Shown here in pieces: positions 17,158 through 26,025 of a stretch of DNA of 64,000 bases. The position numbers were made by a program, and so were the translations under genes. Position 1 is the stretch's first letter; the number at the start of each line of letters is the position of its first letter. A model generated the notes under the pieces. It saw nothing but the letters and a program-made list of their open reading frames with translations. It made no database searches and was not told the DNA's origin. Source of the stretch: a virus; IMG/VR virus record IMGVR_UViG_3300035698_006802, positions 1 through 64,000 of that record. One strand, written 5' to 3'.

Positions 17158-17957
17158 GTCTCATCTCCCAGGTAGAGGGTGGCAACTGCGAGATCATCGT
17201 AGTGCTGCCAGCCGTTCTTGACGCAGAACCGATTGAGGAACCCATTGCGGATTCTCCGCACGACGAATTCCCCTGTGGTGTTCTTCACAGCCATGATCTG
17301 TTCCACCACTTCCCCCACAGGTACCCGAACAAGCTCTGTGGGGGTCTTCTTCTGGAAGGACTGTGCACCATCCGAGATGAGGGTGACCATGTCGAATTCA
17401 GCCACCGGGAACCGGAACACCAGAGGATCGAACCCCCGGGCGATCTCCCAGGATGGCTCTTCCTCGTCCTTCTCCGTGTCATAGAAGTAGATCGTGCGGT
17501 AGCCCGAGTCAGTCAGCTCGTTGTAGGTGTCGAGTCGGTCGGGGTCAAGCTGGTAGGACAGGTAGTTCGGGGCACCTGCTGCAAACTCAATGCTGTGGTA
17601 CTGCAGGAACCCGTGCCGATTCCGAGCAGCCACTACACCGTCTCCCCAGACCCTGACCACTACCTCATCTCCTTCCACGACAGCAATGAGCAACGTGGCG
17701 TCGAGACATTGGAGGGGGAGTCCAGTCGGAACAGACATAGCGAAAGCTTTGAGAGCAATCTGCAGGGGTGTGGGCTTCTTCCCCTCCCGCACCTGTTTTG
17801 CTGCTGCCAGACACATGAACCGGGACCCGAAGTCAGTGGCCGGAGAACTGGAGCAACCATCCGACAGGAACGCTGCTTTCAGGTCGATGTCGACAACGGC
17901 ATAGTCCTGGCACACGGTGTGCTGGCTTCCCATGGCAAAGTAGCGGTCAACGTTCAT
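17154..17957 (-). CDS. PP2C-like phosphatase (YegK/TerY-P triad type)
   Basis: GSQH..CQD, SDGCSS, ATLL, GDG, SDG, DD motifs. Confidence 0.88.
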   Translation of the reverse strand: MNVDRYFAMGSQHTVCQDYAVVDIDLKAAFLSDGCSSSPATDFGSRFMCLAAAKQVREGKKPTPLQIALKAFAMSVPTGLPLQCLDATLLIAVVEGDEVVVRVWGDGVVAARNRHGFLQYHSIEFAAGAPNYLSYQLDPDRLDTYNELTDSGYRTIYFYDTEKDEEEPSWEIARGFDPLVFRFPVAEFDMVTLISDGAQSFQKKTPTELVRVPVGEVVEQIMAVKNTTGEFVVRRIRNGFLNRFCVKNGWQHYDDLAVATLYLGDET

Positions 17958-18150
17958 GGGATGTTCCTTCATTTCTTCGAGCCTTGATGGCGGCCCGCAG
18001 TTCGCCCACAACGGCAGCAACGATGGGGTCCGCATAGACCCCATACTCAAGCCGGTCCTGAATCAGGCGGTGGAAATCGTCGGATTCCAGCAAGGAATCG
18101 ATCATCTCAGCGACAACGGGAATCTTGCCGTTCATGGGATGCTTTTCCAA
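17947..18150 (-). CDS. small hypothetical protein
   Basis: ORF overlapping both neighbours in the operon. Confidence 0.45.
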   Translation of the reverse strand: MEKHPMNGKIPVVAEMIDSLLESDDFHRLIQDRLEYGVYADPIVAAVVGELRAAIKARRNEGTSHER

Positions 18151-18458
18151 TCAGGCTGCGGGTTCTTTGCTACCCACTGCTTCACAAGCTCTCGGGCTTC
18201 TGCGGCATAGATCTGGGCTTTCTCGTTTCTGGTGTGTTTCCAGGACTGGTGCTCGGTCAGAATCCGCTCGGTACGGTGCGTGCAGAGGCCTGAGCTGCAG
18301 ACCAGAATCCGACCCCCGGCATCGATGTGGTGCCATCCAGTCGGGATGGTCTCGACCTGCTCGTAGTTGGAGTGCCCCAAGTAGCGGCCATACCCCGTGC
18401 CCGCGGGTGCTGAAATGCCACAAAGGTCACAAATGTAGGAAGCAGACTGTCGTCCCAT
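18132..18458 (-). CDS. Cys-containing hypothetical protein
   Basis: CDLC...CSSGLC; GGAGG RBS. Confidence 0.6.
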   Translation of the reverse strand: MGRQSASYICDLCGISAPAGTGYGRYLGHSNYEQVETIPTGWHHIDAGGRILVCSSGLCTHRTERILTEHQSWKHTRNEKAQIYAAEARELVKQWVAKNPQPDWKSIP

Positions 18459-18474
18459 GGGAGAATCCTCCGAG

Positions 18475-18621
18475 CTAGAACAGGTTTCCCTGGCTGTCGA
18501 TCATGCCCTCATAGCCACACCACAAGCACCGGGCGTGGACTGAGCACCCATCAAACCCCGTGGTATCGAACCCCGCGAAGATGGAGTGCCAACCAATCCA
18601 ACAAAGGAAGTGCTTGACCAT
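18475..18621 (-). CDS. 48-aa Cys/His protein (MVKHFLCWIGWH...CLWCG...DSQGNLF)
   Basis: GGGGAG RBS; fills the operon gap; not in ORF track. Confidence 0.6.
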   Translation of the reverse strand: MVKHFLCWIGWHSIFAGFDTTGFDGCSVHARCLWCGYEGMIDSQGNLF

Positions 18622-18634
18622 GAGGGCACTCCCC

Positions 18635-19378
18635 CTAGAAGGTGAGAGACTGCGAGGGGCCTCCTGTGCCCAGCGACTGGGACTGAGAACTCACCGATTT
18701 GGACATGAAGGACGCGAGCCTTGCCAGCGTCTTCGTGTCTGCCTTGTCCACAGCGATGTACTGGGAGAACCCCGCATCCTTGTGGAGCTGATCGAGGTAG
18801 TGGTTGAGACCCGTGGTGGAATCGACGTTGACTCCTACGAGGATGCTGACCAGGGACTCCAGGTTCTCACCCTTCACGGCGTCGGTCAGGGCTTCCTTGA
18901 GGGAGTTGACCGTCAGCTTCGAGGCGTTCTCCTGACCATCGGTCAGGACGAAGACGATGCCGTTGGCCTCGAAGTCCTGGTCGATGAGGTCCTTGCCATA
19001 GCGTGCCACGGACTCGACTACGTTGACCGAAGCATCGTAGAGGGCTGTGGTGTAGCCGGGGGACACGATGTCCTTGTAGTCGTCCTCGTTGCACTGGCTC
19101 AACGGCTTGAAGCCGTGAGCCTCCTTCACGTGGTTGTCGAAGGTGACGAGACGCAGCATGAGATTGTCAGCTCGGGGTGACAACCGGCACGCCTTGACCA
19201 CTTCCTGGATGCAGCGGTTGAGATCCTTCTGGAAGCCTGAGATCGAGCCAGAGGCATCCGCCGTGATTCCGACGAGGGTGTACTCCGAAGCGCCCAGGTC
19301 TTCGACACGGGTGGCACTGAAGCCGTACCCTGTGCCGTCGGTGTGGGTGCTCATGTTCTGTGAGTTCAGGACGGGCAT
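18635..19378 (-). CDS. TerY/YegL-like vWA domain protein
   Basis: MIDAS DASGS, TALYDA, LTDGQENAS. Confidence 0.88.
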   Translation of the reverse strand: MPVLNSQNMSTHTDGTGYGFSATRVEDLGASEYTLVGITADASGSISGFQKDLNRCIQEVVKACRLSPRADNLMLRLVTFDNHVKEAHGFKPLSQCNEDDYKDIVSPGYTTALYDASVNVVESVARYGKDLIDQDFEANGIVFVLTDGQENASKLTVNSLKEALTDAVKGENLESLVSILVGVNVDSTTGLNHYLDQLHKDAGFSQYIAVDKADTKTLARLASFMSKSVSSQSQSLGTGGPSQSLTF

Positions 19379-19381
19379 GGT

Positions 19382-20194
19382 CTACTCCTTCAGGAAGTCG
19401 GTGGTGAGGGCGGTGCGAGCACCCATGGCAGTCAGGTCAGCGATGAACTGCTTGCCAAAGTCGGAGAACATCGTGGTTCCGGGGGGATCCGGAACATCGG
19501 ACATGGCGTCGGTGAGCAGCACGAGCTTGCTGACCGATGCGGGGTCGAAGTTGGTGGCGATATCGCGGACGGTGTGGGCCACGCAGTGAGAGCGAGCCTG
19601 ACCCGCGAGCAGAACGATGTCTGCTGCTTCCAAGGTCTCGATGAGCCTTGCGTTGAGCTGTGTGGTGTGGTCGGACGGGTCCGGAACCTCTGCCTGGACT
19701 GCGGAGAAGTGCTCCGTCCAGATGTTCGAACCCTTGGTCACGTAGTCGGTGGTGGCGAACCGGGACTCCCAGTCTGCCAGAGCTTCGTAGAGGACGGGCA
19801 GCACGTTGTGACCCGAAGACCCGATGAGGCAGTGGGGAGGCCAGATGCAGTGCGGGTAGCGACCGCTGGCTTCCAGGTCTTCGAGGTACTTCAGGGTCTT
19901 GGTGAAGAACGACGGGACAGTGGTTGTCCAGACTCCGCTCTTCAGATCGGCTGCGGTCATGATGGTGAAGGGTGACGGGTTGTTCCCGGCGGAATCCTTG
20001 TACCAGATCGGGTGGGCGATATCCACGAGACGGTGGCTGTCGAGGGTAACATGGATGTCATCGATCTTGCCCTTGAGGCGGTTGATCATGGCAGCCAGAC
20101 GCTCCATGTCCTCGGTGGCACCGGGGACGAAGAGGGAGCCGTCCTTGTGGCAAAAATCATTCTGGGGGTCAATTGCCAGCAGATGAATGTTCAC
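19382..20194 (-). CDS. pncA: nicotinamidase (PncA-like cysteine hydrolase)
   Basis: IDPQNDFC..GSL.V.GA, DSH, WPPHC, KG, GQARSHCV. Confidence 0.85.
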   Translation of the reverse strand: MNIHLLAIDPQNDFCHKDGSLFVPGATEDMERLAAMINRLKGKIDDIHVTLDSHRLVDIAHPIWYKDSAGNNPSPFTIMTAADLKSGVWTTTVPSFFTKTLKYLEDLEASGRYPHCIWPPHCLIGSSGHNVLPVLYEALADWESRFATTDYVTKGSNIWTEHFSAVQAEVPDPSDHTTQLNARLIETLEAADIVLLAGQARSHCVAHTVRDIATNFDPASVSKLVLLTDAMSDVPDPPGTTMFSDFGKQFIADLTAMGARTALTTDFLKE

Positions 20195-20209
20195 GATGTT
20201 CTCCTAGAG

Positions 20210-20434
20210 CTACTTGAAGCAGTTTCCAGTACAGGTGAGTTTCCCGCAGAAGCCACAATGGCCCTGCGAGGAGTCGAAGGTTGTGAACCCCGAAATGGGG
20301 TCCGGGAGGGTTTCAGGTGGGCCAGGGATGCGGTCTCCGCTGGCATCGTGGATGATGTTGCCGCTGGCATCAGTGAGCCAGGTGTTGCCGTCCCTATCGG
20401 TCGTGTGTCGGACATCTCTGCCGTCCCGTCCCAT
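20210..20434 (-). CDS. small Cys-rich hypothetical protein
   Basis: C-terminal CGFCGKLTCTGNCFK. Confidence 0.6.
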   Translation of the reverse strand: MGRDGRDVRHTTDRDGNTWLTDASGNIIHDASGDRIPGPPETLPDPISGFTTFDSSQGHCGFCGKLTCTGNCFK

Positions 20435-20437
20435 TGC

Positions 20438-21550
20438 TTAGATCTCCGGGAGGGTGTCAGTGAGGATGCCAGCCTTGACGAGGTCTGCCCGGGTACCCAT
20501 GGTGGGGATGTTGGGGTTCATCTTGTGTCGTGTCTGGCGTTCGATGCGACGGGCAGCTGTGAGGAGCTTGTTGACCAGCTTGGTGGGGATGCCCTTGAAG
20601 GGGTTGTTCTTGGGGCCCCGCGGTCCATCCATGTGATAGGCCATAATATCCTCGAAACGGGCACGGACACCGGGCTCATCAAAGAGCCATTCCTCCTGGG
20701 TGAACATGGTGGTCGTTCGGCAGCGAGGATCTGCGCTCGCCCCAGACCCTGCCTCAGCATCCAACCACCGGCTCACCCGTTCGATGAGACCCACACTCGT
20801 GTAGGCACCAGTTTCCGTGTCGATGTAGCTGTAGAAGGTCTGCCCGTACTCCTGGGCGTCGAACCCGAAGTAGTTGGCAAGCTCACTCTCATCTGTCATG
20901 GGGTTTGAAGTGCCCCAGAGATCCGCAGTGGGCTTGGTGTTGATGATGTCCTTGGGGACACCGAGGGCAAGTGCGAGCTGATAGACCTCACCCTTGGACA
21001 GCATCGCGAGGGGGTTGGTATCTACCTCACCATCGCCACCCTTCTGGTAGTAGCGGAGCCACCGGTCCTCACATTCATTCCCGGTGCCATGTCGGATGCC
21101 ACCGCCCATCATGCGGTTGAAGCCACGACCCACAGGGGCACGGAGACAGGAGCGGATGGACCCCAGGATGGTGGGGTCAGCCAGAGCCTTCTCATGCAGC
21201 CGAACCCGAATGATTGGGTCCGACTCCCCATAGGCAGCTTCGATGCCTGCAAGCATCGTGTCCACCAGGGACTCGTAGATCTCGGTCAGGTCTACCTCGA
21301 TGAGCTTGACATCGAAGGTCTTGGCTACCTCACGGGCAGCTTCCAGCGATTCCGGGCTGCTGTTGATGCCCTGGTAGGCAGTGGTGACGTTCTCCGCCCC
21401 GAGAGCCTGAACGAGGAGTCCCAGCATGACAGCGGAGTCCACGCCACCCGACAGATCGAGTTCTGCACGTCCAAGCCCTGTCTCGATGTGGTACTTGCGG
21501 ATTGCCTGCACGCGGTTGTGGAGGAGCTTCTTGGGGTCAAGTACGGGCAT
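20438..21550 (-). CDS. nadE: NH3-dependent NAD(+) synthetase
   Basis: LSGGVDS PP-loop, GTGNxxE, YYQKGGDG, KGEVYQLA, PTADL, TDE; no glutaminase domain. Confidence 0.92.
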   Translation of the reverse strand: MPVLDPKKLLHNRVQAIRKYHIETGLGRAELDLSGGVDSAVMLGLLVQALGAENVTTAYQGINSSPESLEAAREVAKTFDVKLIEVDLTEIYESLVDTMLAGIEAAYGESDPIIRVRLHEKALADPTILGSIRSCLRAPVGRGFNRMMGGGIRHGTGNECEDRWLRYYQKGGDGEVDTNPLAMLSKGEVYQLALALGVPKDIINTKPTADLWGTSNPMTDESELANYFGFDAQEYGQTFYSYIDTETGAYTSVGLIERVSRWLDAEAGSGASADPRCRTTTMFTQEEWLFDEPGVRARFEDIMAYHMDGPRGPKNNPFKGIPTKLVNKLLTAARRIERQTRHKMNPNIPTMGTRADLVKAGILTDTLPEI

Positions 21551-23043
21551 CAGTGCATTCCTCGTCGGAGGTTGGAGTAGAGAGTGTCCACGAGGGCTTG
21601 GGTGTCCTCGCTGTAGGCGGGACGTGTCTGCCGCACTACCCACGCCAGAGCTTCGGCGGGGGTAGTGCGGAGACTGAGGGGAAGCTCTGGGAGTCCTGTG
21701 AGGATGACGCCCTGGTCGTGCGGGGCTTTCTCGCCGTCCTGGAGGATGACTCCAGTGGGGCCGTTGTAGGCGGCCTGTCCTAGGAAGGGGCGAAACACTA
21801 CTGGCAAGCCGGGGATGCTCTCTTTTCCTGCACCGGGTTCGTCCCCGAATTTCATGGTCGGGGTATCGCCGGTCTGTGTGACCTTCCAGACGGCGGCAAC
21901 GCGGTCTCGGGTCAAGGGGTCCCCGGGGGCCTTTACGATGTAGCCACCGTAACCATACAGCTGGTCCTCGGGCTTGACGCCCGTGAACTCCCGCAGTTTC
22001 TCGAAGTTGTGGGTCTTGGCCTCGGTGAACCCATCTTCCAGGATGAAGCGGGGATCGATGTCACAACTTTCCGCCATGGAGCAGGCAATGAGGTACTGGC
22101 TTTTGATGTCGCCGGAATCGAACCGCACACTGTCACCACGGTCCGGGTCTTCTGCGATGAGCTTGAACGCCTCGGGAAGTCCCGACCGGATGGTGTCGAA
22201 GGTGTCGAGCAGGAAGCTGCTTGCCTTGGGGACGCGATCTCGCATGGCTCGGAAGGCGGCTTTGTCGCTGCCGTACCGTTGAACGTGCTCGTGACCCATT
22301 GTGCCCACGGGCACCAACCCGAGTTCTTTGGCCAGGGCGACATTGCTGGTTGATCGGAGACCAGCCTCCCTGGCAGCCTGGAGAGCGATGCGGTGCTGTT
22401 CAATGCAGGTGGCAGCACGCATCCCGACCTCGAAGATGCGGGTAGGGTCTCCACCCACTGCATCGATGAGGCGGGTGACCCGATTGAACACATGCTCGTG
22501 GTAGGCCGCGTAGTTGACGGTGATTTCAGGTGCCGGGACACCAATGGCATCCAGAGTCTGCAGCACGATGTCCTTCTGCTCCTGGCAGGTGACGTTGTGG
22601 ATGAGGATGGGCAGCCGCTCGGGCTCCAGCTTGGCGAAGGTGGCGATCTGAATGCGGTAGTGGAGTTGGAGGGCCAGGGGCTCCAACCAGGAGACAAGAG
22701 CAGAGGGGCCGGTCACGGTGAAGACGGGCTCACGGTCGAAGAACCACGACCCCTTGGGGAGAGCATTGACCACCAGCTTGTCCTGCTGGCTCATTGCCGC
22801 CCAGTAGCCACCACCCATCCCGTAGCCACAGGCAGTCAGGTAGTCCTGGGATGATCTGGACTCACGGGAGTCTTCCCACTTGGCGGGCAGCAGGGACCGG
22901 ATCATCTCCTCGACATCGAACGGGAGGTAGTGTGAGCCGCCCCTGCGATGGGAGTAGTAGAAGGTTTCCTCACGGAGCGGCCAGCCTGCCTCAGCCATCG
23001 AGAATTTGTAGGCATCAGTCGAAAGTATGGAATGGGAATCCAT
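21550..23043 (-). CDS. pncB: nicotinate phosphoribosyltransferase
   Basis: TDAYKFSM, EVGMR, GTMGH (phospho-His motif), LLDTFD, VRFDSGD: PncB-type rather than Nampt-type. Confidence 0.85.
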   Translation of the reverse strand: MDSHSILSTDAYKFSMAEAGWPLREETFYYSHRRGGSHYLPFDVEEMIRSLLPAKWEDSRESRSSQDYLTACGYGMGGGYWAAMSQQDKLVVNALPKGSWFFDREPVFTVTGPSALVSWLEPLALQLHYRIQIATFAKLEPERLPILIHNVTCQEQKDIVLQTLDAIGVPAPEITVNYAAYHEHVFNRVTRLIDAVGGDPTRIFEVGMRAATCIEQHRIALQAAREAGLRSTSNVALAKELGLVPVGTMGHEHVQRYGSDKAAFRAMRDRVPKASSFLLDTFDTIRSGLPEAFKLIAEDPDRGDSVRFDSGDIKSQYLIACSMAESCDIDPRFILEDGFTEAKTHNFEKLREFTGVKPEDQLYGYGGYIVKAPGDPLTRDRVAAVWKVTQTGDTPTMKFGDEPGAGKESIPGLPVVFRPFLGQAAYNGPTGVILQDGEKAPHDQGVILTGLPELPLSLRTTPAEALAWVVRQTRPAYSEDTQALVDTLYSNLRRGMH

Positions 23044-23064
23044 TGCACGGCTCCATCGGAGTTT

Positions 23065-23108
23065 GTGTCCCCGTGGACTCTTTCTAGCACGGGGAGCCCT
23101 TTAGTCAA
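23065..23108 (-). promoter_or_regulatory. sigma70-like promoter (TTGACT-N16-TAGAAA with TGn extension) and overlapping palindrome GAGTCC-N4-GGACAC (candidate NrtR operator)
   Basis: -35 at 23103-23108; -10 at 23081-23086; palindrome 23065-23080 over the expected TSS of pncB. Confidence 0.5.
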
Positions 23109-23205
23109 ACCCCGAAGGAGAGATTTTTTCAAAGTACCTTTAATCCCAAGGTCGGGAGTACTCTTTGGTTCGGATTTTCTTTCTCTGCCGGGGGTAGAGT
23201 GCCCC

Positions 23206-23616
23206 ATGCCTGAAGTGCCCCCGCGTCCCTGGTTGAAGGGCGAACAAGAAAGCTACTCCAGCCTCGTGCTTGAGGTCAGCATCTGCCTGGATGAGCACGG
23301 GCGTGTGTTCTCTGCCCACGGCCTACAAGACAAGCAGGACGTATCCACTGCAATGAAGTGGTCTTCTGGCGGTCAGGAGCAGGTGGCACATGGGATGTTG
23401 ACTGAGGCAGTGCGACGGGAAGCCCTTCTGGACTTGCTGATTCAGATGAGTCGGGATCCCGAATTCTTGCCTCGACTCAAGGCAGCTTCCCCTGAGGAAA
23501 GAGAGACTGCCCTCAAGAAGATGGCAGTCTCTCTGCATGTCCAGATGGCGAACACCATCAGCCGTATCGCGGCGGCAGCCCTTGGTGAGGCATACCTGAC
23601 GGTCTCTGAAGACTAG
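23206..23616 (+). CDS. hypothetical protein
   Basis: ATG 5 nt after GGGG-TAGAGT (possibly leaderless). Confidence 0.65.
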   Translation: MPEVPPRPWLKGEQESYSSLVLEVSICLDEHGRVFSAHGLQDKQDVSTAMKWSSGGQEQVAHGMLTEAVRREALLDLLIQMSRDPEFLPRLKAASPEERETALKKMAVSLHVQMANTISRIAAAALGEAYLTVSED

Positions 23617-25073
23617 ATCTGGAGTCCTCTGCTCGAACGCACTGAGCGGATCCGGTCCAACAGCACAGTCTTGCCACCGGGGATCTTGCTGGCTCTCGGA
23701 ATCCCGAGATCGTGAAGGGCATACTTCCGCAGGAGGGTCAGGCTCTGGCTCCGAAGCTCTGTGAATGCCATGGAGCGGAGAGGTGCCCACATGATTGCTG
23801 GCTCGACAATCACCACGGGCTCGACCACCACGGGCTCGACCACCACGGGTGCGACCACCACGGGCTCGACCACCACGGGCTCGATCACCAGGGTTGCGGG
23901 TGTTGAGAACGTTGCAGGTGTGGTAACCACCGGAGCAACCTTGAGAGGGTTGGCCACCAGAGGGTTGGCCACCAGAGGGTTGGCCACCAGAGGGTTGGCT
24001 GTGAGGGGCTTTGAGGTGTCCCGGCTTTCCAGCACTCCCCTGATGCTTTCCAGCAGAGCTGGTTTTCCACCCGGGAGCTTGCTTGCCTTCTTGATCCCCA
24101 GCTCTCTGGCTGCGAACTTCCTGAGAAGCAAGAGGGTCTGCCCTTCAAGCTCGGAGAAGGTCATGGAGCACAGGGGAGCCCAGATGTTGAGCCCTTCGGT
24201 CTTTGGTATCTTGAGAGGTTCGGGGGTGGCCGTCCCCAGGACGATGGGCTCAGGGGCTACAACCTGGAGGGGTTTCTGGTTGCGGGTCTTCCTGCGTCCA
24301 GAGCGGCGCTCGTAGTTGGCCCTGGCGGTCTTCTTCCGACAGCTGTCAGAGCAGTACTTCCTGCCTTCCATGGGGGGCAGAGGGCAGCCCTCACGAGCAC
24401 AGGTGACCCCTTCCACGATAGGCACGGGTACCACAGGGCGAATCCCTCTGTTGTTGACCACCTTCCATGCAGCGCTCTTGGCAACTTCGATGTGCATGAG
24501 GATCTTCGCCACCCGTGCTGTGATCTCGCGAGAACGCTCCATGGCCTGCCGGAAGCTCTGGAGTGATGCTGTTGCCCCCTGCCTCAAGATGGAGTGTACG
24601 AGGCTGTCGAGAAGGCGTGCATCATGATCTACGCCTGCAACCTCCACGTCGACCACATTGCGCTTCCAGCGGGCTTCATGTTCACCAGAAGGCACTGAGA
24701 GCTTGTCCCACAGGATCTCCACTTCCTTCTTCTGTTTCTGCACTTGTGTTGCCAACTTGTTGGCACTCTCTGTTGCCTGTGCGATGTCACGACGCCGCTG
24801 CTCCAGGTAGGCATCCCCTTTTTGTACGGGCTTGTTCTTCTGGAGGAGGGTCTTGGCACTGGGTCGCTTGTCGGGGGTCTTGACTCGGTGGTTCTCCCAC
24901 TCAATCTCTTGAGCGATGACGAACTTGTTGACTGAGTCCCCGTAGATACGCTTCCCACAGACTTTGCAGGAAAACACAGCCTGTTGAACGTGCCCTCCCC
25001 AAGGGTTGTCCAGAAAGATCTCGATGTTTGTGGCACTGCATTTCGGGCATTTTGGCTTGAACGTTGTGTTCAC
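23613..25073 (-). CDS. hypothetical protein with Zn fingers and a duplicated helical motif
   Basis: CPKC..CKVC; C..EGC..KYCSDSC; two ELxxQxLxLLRK..LGI..ASK.PGGK copies; LVANP and VVEP repeats. Confidence 0.75.
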   Translation of the reverse strand: MNTTFKPKCPKCSATNIEIFLDNPWGGHVQQAVFSCKVCGKRIYGDSVNKFVIAQEIEWENHRVKTPDKRPSAKTLLQKNKPVQKGDAYLEQRRRDIAQATESANKLATQVQKQKKEVEILWDKLSVPSGEHEARWKRNVVDVEVAGVDHDARLLDSLVHSILRQGATASLQSFRQAMERSREITARVAKILMHIEVAKSAAWKVVNNRGIRPVVPVPIVEGVTCAREGCPLPPMEGRKYCSDSCRKKTARANYERRSGRRKTRNQKPLQVVAPEPIVLGTATPEPLKIPKTEGLNIWAPLCSMTFSELEGQTLLLLRKFAARELGIKKASKLPGGKPALLESIRGVLESRDTSKPLTANPLVANPLVANPLVANPLKVAPVVTTPATFSTPATLVIEPVVVEPVVVAPVVVEPVVVEPVVIVEPAIMWAPLRSMAFTELRSQSLTLLRKYALHDLGIPRASKIPGGKTVLLDRIRSVRSSRGLQI

Positions 25074-25103
25074 GTGAACTCCTCTCCTGGCGTCTATATA
25101 CCC

Positions 25104-25120
25104 CGGTAGTCAGCCTATGC
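25104..25120 (+). promoter_or_regulatory. class II promoter motif CGGT-N7-CTATGC
   Basis: Same spacing as other copies; upstream of 25165. Confidence 0.5.
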
Positions 25121-25164
25121 ACCCCACGAAGTAGGAAGCTGCCGTTCTACCAGGGAATTCATGG

Positions 25165-26025
25165 ATGCCCGTAAAAACCGCCAAGGCTGACGTTTCTCCA
25201 GTACGACAGCGAACCCAGTACACATGTATGAGCACATCCATGGCGATGTGCCTCAATGCAGTGGGTGTCGACACGGACGAAGACGAGGTCAACAAAGTCA
25301 TGGGGGCCCGCCCGATGAAGGGTGCTGCGTGGGAACAGGTCTTGGCGTGTGCACAGCACTATGGATGTCGAGCCACCCTGACGGTCCCATCCACGCTGCG
25401 GCAGGTCAAAGAGTGGACTGACCGTGGTGTCCCGGTGATGATTGCGTGGAATCCCGAAGGGCGAGAGTGGAGCCATGCCTCTGTCATCTACGATGTGGAC
25501 GAAGATTTCAACGTCTTCGTAGCTGATCCGAACATCCCTGATCCCGATGAGACATCCAGAACCGTCCCCAAGGGTGAGTTCTACGGGAAATGGTATGAGA
25601 AATGGCCCCGATATCTCGTCCGACGGCCAGCTTGCGCCATTGAACGCGAGGTAACTCGGGAAGGGAGACAGGTCATGGCTTCTACAGGTACCGCGACTCA
25701 GATTCGCAGGGAACTCACTCGGGTCGCAGACTTCTACGAGGCTGCCCGGAAGAAAAGGCCCACCCATGAGGTCCGAGAGAAGAAGGACCCCAATGCCCCG
25801 ATCAGGGTGCCGGGTTCCAGGCAGCGGAATGACGCCGCCCGAGATCTGGCAGAAGGTCGGGTCAACATCCGTAGCGGTCCCCACAAGAACAAGGGCCAGC
25901 AGGGCCAGGGCCAGAAGGGCAAGGGCAAGCCCCAACGGCATCCGAAGCACAAGCGGGATCTACGGCCGCACATGGCCTCTCGGGTTGCGACCCGGTTCCT
26001 GCTCCAAGGAGACACCAATGAGTAA
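25165..26025 (+). CDS. C39-like (papain-fold) cysteine peptidase with basic C-terminal tail
   Basis: Q..Q.TC...S.AM, HASVI, VADP catalytic pattern. Confidence 0.75.
   Translation: MPVKTAKADVSPVRQRTQYTCMSTSMAMCLNAVGVDTDEDEVNKVMGARPMKGAAWEQVLACAQHYGCRATLTVPSTLRQVKEWTDRGVPVMIAWNPEGREWSHASVIYDVDEDFNVFVADPNIPDPDETSRTVPKGEFYGKWYEKWPRYLVRRPACAIEREVTREGRQVMASTGTATQIRRELTRVADFYEAARKKRPTHEVREKKDPNAPIRVPGSRQRNDAARDLAEGRVNIRSGPHKNKGQQGQGQKGKGKPQRHPKHKRDLRPHMASRVATRFLLQGDTNE

Noticed and set aside
21550-23043. Nampt (NARP2) assignment
   Set aside because: GTMGH and RFDSGD motifs and linkage to pncA/nadE fit PncB better; not tested biochemically
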